The notes beneath the pieces are model-generated. The model searched no databases. It was not told the DNA's origin and saw nothing but the letters and a program-made list of their open reading frames with translations. From NCBI GenBank assembly GCA_963762115.1, contig CAVXJH010000003.1, forward strand, positions 128,001 to 192,000: DNA of 64,000 bases. Reading direction: 5' to 3'. The first letter of the stretch is position 1; each line of letters begins with the position of its first letter. A program made the position numbers and the translations under genes. This document shows positions 60,105 to 64,000 of this stretch, piece by piece. Source of the DNA: Candidatus Babeliales bacterium (lineage in GTDB: Bacteria > Babelota > Babeliae > Babelales > JANWKD01).

Positions 60105-60602
60105 ATGAAAGCTACTTTTATTACTCTGTTGTTTGTGTTGGGTGTTTTAGAATCGTATGCATTGGAGACTCGTTCATTAGAGTTTGTTGCACCGGATTAC
60201 TTTATGAAGAATATTGTTGCTTCTGAAGATCGAACAGCTTTTGAAGCATTTTACCAAAATTTTACTTCTCAAGTAAAATTAATGAAAAACGAACAAAAAG
60301 CGAAGGTTTTACAGGAAATACGAGATAGTGCCTGCAATAATCTTGCCATTAAATATCCTCAATGGTCGCAAGAACTTAAGCCTTACAATTATTTTGAACG
60401 TAGTGATAAAAAAATGCTCAATGCACAACAATGTGTTCAAGTAAGATCATTTTTAACACGGTATGGCCTTTACGAAAAATTTCTTAAAGAAAAAGCACAA
60501 CAACAAGCAAGCTTTTGGTGTAAAATAAAATCATATACCAAAGATGTTGGTCAACAACTTGCTCAGTTGGGAAGCTCATTGAGAAGAACTATAGGAGCTT
60601 GA
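60105..60602 (+). CDS. secreted hypothetical protein
   Basis: RBS AAGGGA; signal peptide ending SYA. Confidence 0.65.
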   Translation: MKATFITLLFVLGVLESYALETRSLEFVAPDYFMKNIVASEDRTAFEAFYQNFTSQVKLMKNEQKAKVLQEIRDSACNNLAIKYPQWSQELKPYNYFERSDKKMLNAQQCVQVRSFLTRYGLYEKFLKEKAQQQASFWCKIKSYTKDVGQQLAQLGSSLRRTIGA

Positions 60603-60611
60603 TGTTAATTG

Positions 60612-62285
60612 TTATGTAGCTTGTTCTGAAGTTATATAAGATAATATTTTCTCTTTATTTCTTTTTATAAGGCGTAGAATTTTCTCTTTGGTTTCTTGAT
60701 TTTCAAGTGATTCATAAGCATTCTTTCTTTCATGTGCACTTAAGAGCTTATCAACCATTTCCATAGAAGGTTTTTTTGCTCCTAAATCTATTAAATGCTT
60801 AACAACTTTAGGGAGACTGAATCCTATTGCCATTATGAGTAGTGTTCTATTTATTTTGTCAATTGCATTAATGTTACACCCATGTTCTTTGCAATGACTA
60901 ATAATTTTATTCCACTTTTTCATATATATTTTTTGTTGTTTTTTGGCATTTTCAAAATTTTGAGAATTTTCAGAAATTTTCTTATGAAACATATCATACA
61001 TATAATATAATGGGTGAGATTGGCCCCTTGGAGTATCAATGAGGGATGATTCTAAGCATGTAGTGCCGGCTTTAAGGAGTAATTTTACTCCTTTTGCATT
61101 GCATTCTAAAATTGTGTGAATTAATGGGGTAATGCCATCAAATTCTTTACTATTCAGTAATTTTTCTTTGTTTTCTGGATCATAATGACTGACATGGTTA
61201 AGTAAAATTCGAATTGCTTTATTATGATTTTTCTTTGTTGCACAAAGCAATCCTTTTGCAAGTTCACTATCATTTAGTTCAGTACCTAAAAATAATTGCA
61301 TGGCGATTATATTATTATTTTCTACGGCAAGTTCTATAAGGTCTATGGAACTTTCATTAACATATTTTTTCATTTCTTTGGTTAATAAATCTGGCAGAAG
61401 AGTATTATAACCAAATTTGATTGCGTATAAGATAGGAAGAGGAATTCTGTTCTTATCTATTAGCATTAAGTTTGCACCGGCGTTTAATAATGCCCGTGCG
61501 CATTGAGGTCTATTTTGCTGAAGATGATATAAAAAAGGTTCTTCTCTCCAAATATCTTGCATATTAATCTTATAACCTTTGTCCAATAATTCAGCGATTT
61601 TTTCGGGTGTTTGTGCATAATATAAATCCGTTTTATTGGTTAGATTGTAAGATATTTGTGTTTTTGGTTGTATAAATAGATTGTCTTGACAGAGGCCCAA
61701 TTTGTTCAAAATTTGAATGAGATTTTCATGCATTTGTTCAATATTATCTTCTTCGATTCGATGAAATTCAACACGGTTTGTAGGGTTTATTTTATTATGC
61801 ATGTTAACTAATGATCCAATGAGATTTTCATATTTTTTTAAAGATTGATAATTGTGAGTAGTAAGTGACAATGCTTGTGCTGCGGCCCGGCAATTACCTT
61901 CTCGTATAAAATATTCAATTGTTGATATATCTATTTTATTTTTAACATCTATTGTTGCACCATGTTTAACTAACGTAGGAATTTGTTCAGCGTTGGCAAA
62001 AAAAATTGGTGTACGACCTACAGAATCAACGGGTTTGTTAATATATTCTTCGGTTAATTCTGTTGGTAGTGCAGGAAAAATTGCATCAAGATTTGGTTGT
62101 TGAGGTAGCAAATAAAATGCAACACGTGCAGCAGTATCTTTGAGTGATCGTGGTTGGAATTTTTCTTGGGGTATAACAATAGCTTTTGTTTTTTTATCAT
62201 TATTTTCGTTATTTTCAATAGTTTCCATGCTTATAAGTGGGCAGGCATAAAAAAGCATTAAAAGTGTTAATAATTGTAATTTCAT
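60612..62285 (-). CDS. secreted ankyrin-repeat protein with N-terminal SOCS-box-like motif
   Basis: Signal LIS-ME; PRSLKDTAARV...LPTELTEEYI; GRTPIFFA, GITPLIHT, INAIDKINRTLL. Confidence 0.85.
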   Translation of the reverse strand: MKLQLLTLLMLFYACPLISMETIENNENNDKKTKAIVIPQEKFQPRSLKDTAARVAFYLLPQQPNLDAIFPALPTELTEEYINKPVDSVGRTPIFFANAEQIPTLVKHGATIDVKNKIDISTIEYFIREGNCRAAAQALSLTTHNYQSLKKYENLIGSLVNMHNKINPTNRVEFHRIEEDNIEQMHENLIQILNKLGLCQDNLFIQPKTQISYNLTNKTDLYYAQTPEKIAELLDKGYKINMQDIWREEPFLYHLQQNRPQCARALLNAGANLMLIDKNRIPLPILYAIKFGYNTLLPDLLTKEMKKYVNESSIDLIELAVENNNIIAMQLFLGTELNDSELAKGLLCATKKNHNKAIRILLNHVSHYDPENKEKLLNSKEFDGITPLIHTILECNAKGVKLLLKAGTTCLESSLIDTPRGQSHPLYYMYDMFHKKISENSQNFENAKKQQKIYMKKWNKIISHCKEHGCNINAIDKINRTLLIMAIGFSLPKVVKHLIDLGAKKPSMEMVDKLLSAHERKNAYESLENQETKEKILRLIKRNKEKILSYITSEQAT

Positions 62286-62472
62286 AGTTTTCCCTGTTTT
62301 TTCTGTATTTTTATTATTGAATAAAAGTAACTTATTATTTAATAATAATATATTATGTAAAATTGTCAAATTGAAATATAAAAAAAGAACAGGTTCAGAG
62401 TATGTTAATCAAAAAAGGTTTGGGTATTTATAGGTTAAAAAAAGCCATAAAAGAGGGGTTTGCCAAACTAGG

Positions 62473-63579
62473 TTACCAACCATTATAGGCCTGATACTGT
62501 GCTCGACGGCGGTCATATTTATTGCGAAACATCATAGAACTGAACATTTTATCAGATAAATAGAGGTACCAGTCGAAATAGCAGGAAAAATACTTTTGAT
62601 CCATGCCTACAGCGATGGGAAAACGTTCAAAATCGATTGGAACGATGAGATTACTTTCTTTTTCTATACCAAAATTATTAATATGTGCATCTATGCGATG
62701 CTCAAGAAAGTTACTATAGGCCATAGCAATTTTTCTTTGTTCTGGATTTTGTAAATTATATGGTTCACCCCAAACAATCTCATCACAAATAATTGCATAG
62801 GTACCGGGAATAACGGTGCTTACGTGCCTATTAGGACCAATATTCCAGCCTTCAAGATGTATCCAACGAGGGTTTTTAGGTAACCAAAACCATTTTCTTG
62901 GAAAATCAACTTTTATGCTCCAATACGGATCTGCCTGGGTGAGTTTTTTTATTTCATGCAAATTTTTTATACGAGTAAATCCTAACAAATGCCTACTAAC
63001 GCCACCGGCCGTATAAAAAAATACATTAGGTTCTAAGCCCTTAGCAAGAGGATCAACAAAACTTTCAGGTGTTTCTATAAATAATTTTAAGATGAATGGG
63101 TACTCTTTGAATCGTAGTACATAGAGTCCGGTGTAGTATGATGTTTCGGTGTTTTGATTTTTGATGATAGTAAAGTGTTTGAAATTAATTTTCTTTTGAT
63201 TTTTGGGTAAATATTGTAGCTCTATTAATAATTCTTCGATCAAGATGCTGAGTGTTTTACCGGTTACTGATTTGTTTTTGTGGTAACGAAAAGTGATGTC
63301 AGTTTGAGGAAGCAGATTTGCATAAAAATGTTTTTTATCAAATACCCTAAAAACGACTTCTTCAAGATGAGAATTTTTCAAACTATACATTGTTGTATCG
63401 TTAAGATACCGTGCATGCAGGGTAGGAATTTGTTTATCAACAGGACGATGTGGACTTCTATCGCTGCGGATAAGGTGGGTAGTTAGTATGGTAATGATGA
63501 ACATGTACCAATATATTGATTTTTTTTTTTCACAAGCAGCTCTTTTTTGCTTAATTATTATCTCAAAATACTGATTCAA
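62473..63579 (-). CDS. hypothetical protein, possible atypical kinase fold (start uncertain)
   Basis: FILKLF; DAHINN...PIDFE; N-terminal hydrophobic segment. Confidence 0.6.
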   Translation of the reverse strand: MNQYFEIIIKQKRAACEKKKSIYWYMFIITILTTHLIRSDRSPHRPVDKQIPTLHARYLNDTTMYSLKNSHLEEVVFRVFDKKHFYANLLPQTDITFRYHKNKSVTGKTLSILIEELLIELQYLPKNQKKINFKHFTIIKNQNTETSYYTGLYVLRFKEYPFILKLFIETPESFVDPLAKGLEPNVFFYTAGGVSRHLLGFTRIKNLHEIKKLTQADPYWSIKVDFPRKWFWLPKNPRWIHLEGWNIGPNRHVSTVIPGTYAIICDEIVWGEPYNLQNPEQRKIAMAYSNFLEHRIDAHINNFGIEKESNLIVPIDFERFPIAVGMDQKYFSCYFDWYLYLSDKMFSSMMFRNKYDRRRAQYQAYNGW

Positions 63580-63808
63580 GGTGAATGTTTTATCTCAATT
63601 GTACACAATTTTTGTAATAAAAGTAATGAAAGTGCAGTACATTTAGCAAGATATTGAAATATTGATTTCAGAGAACTCATCATTGTACCTTATCCAATAG
63701 TAAGAAAAGTGTATTGAAAAAATCTTGTTGATCAAGGATCGATCCCATAGTAGCTTGAGGTATGAGAGAGAAGCTGACCAAGTATAAGACTAAAAAAAAG
63801 GTTGAGAT

Positions 63809-64000
63809 ATGGAGAAAAAAAATATGCAAAAACATTATGAGCTTGTGCAATTTTTATCAAATATTCCTGGAAAAATTGTAGAATTGCATGGCCTTGAAAA
63901 TATTACCGAATTTGTTTTACATGATTTATCAAGTCCGCAGTGCTTTAATTTTTCCAAAGTAGGCTATTTTGTAGATAATCCAGATTTTAATTGCTTTAAA
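63809..64000 (+). CDS. hypothetical protein, 3'-truncated by the window edge
   Basis: Open frame MEKKNMQKHYELVQFLSNIP...GYFVDNPDFNCFK runs to the end of the window. Confidence 0.65.
   Translation, partial: MEKKNMQKHYELVQFLSNIPGKIVELHGLENITEFVLHDLSSPQCFNFSKVGYFVDNPDFNCFK

Noticed and set aside
62336..62369. dif-like site (TTATGTAAAAT resembling a XerD arm)
   Set aside because: No XerC arm; better explained as the TTGACA...TATTAT promoter of the minus-strand ankyrin gene
1..64000. Alternative genetic code (TGA reassigned)
   Set aside because: Conserved genes such as dnaA, tlyA, mutS and maf are full-length under code 11, and several (dnaA, maf1, pssA) end at TGA

Overview
AT-rich bacterial chromosome segment using the standard genetic code. 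The mix of housekeeping genes (mutS, dnaA, ychF, alpha2-type glyRS, rplU, ktrAB, psd/pssA, htpX/hspR, two tRNA-Arg) with many signal-peptide ankyrin/WD40/F-box-like proteins suggests an intracellular protist parasite, most likely Candidatus Dependentiae (Babelota/TM6); this is an inference. Bases ~1-7500 look like one end of a phage-satellite-like element: TOPRIM-DUF3987 primase-helicase, iteron-like origin, Zn-finger protein, Cas4-like nuclease and wHTH regulator, with no integrase visible. Main observations: (1) 13 putative effectors have a Met right at the predicted signal-peptide cleavage site, mostly ME/MD/MN/MQ, and carry eukaryote-like modules (Skp1+F-box+WD40, SOCS-box+ankyrin, F-box+TM, polyPro+WH2-like, CaaX, a mitochondrial-presequence-like stretch). 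(2) Three effector gene blocks are bracketed by short direct repeats: a 47-bp repeat with an 8-6-8 palindrome, three copies of a maf 3' end, and a 34-bp palindromic repeat whose architecture matches the palindrome inside the YhcG/DUF1016 nuclease gene. (3) An NCA2/DGS1-like protein and a possible secreted atypical kinase are present. All family calls come from motif recognition by eye; no database searches were run.
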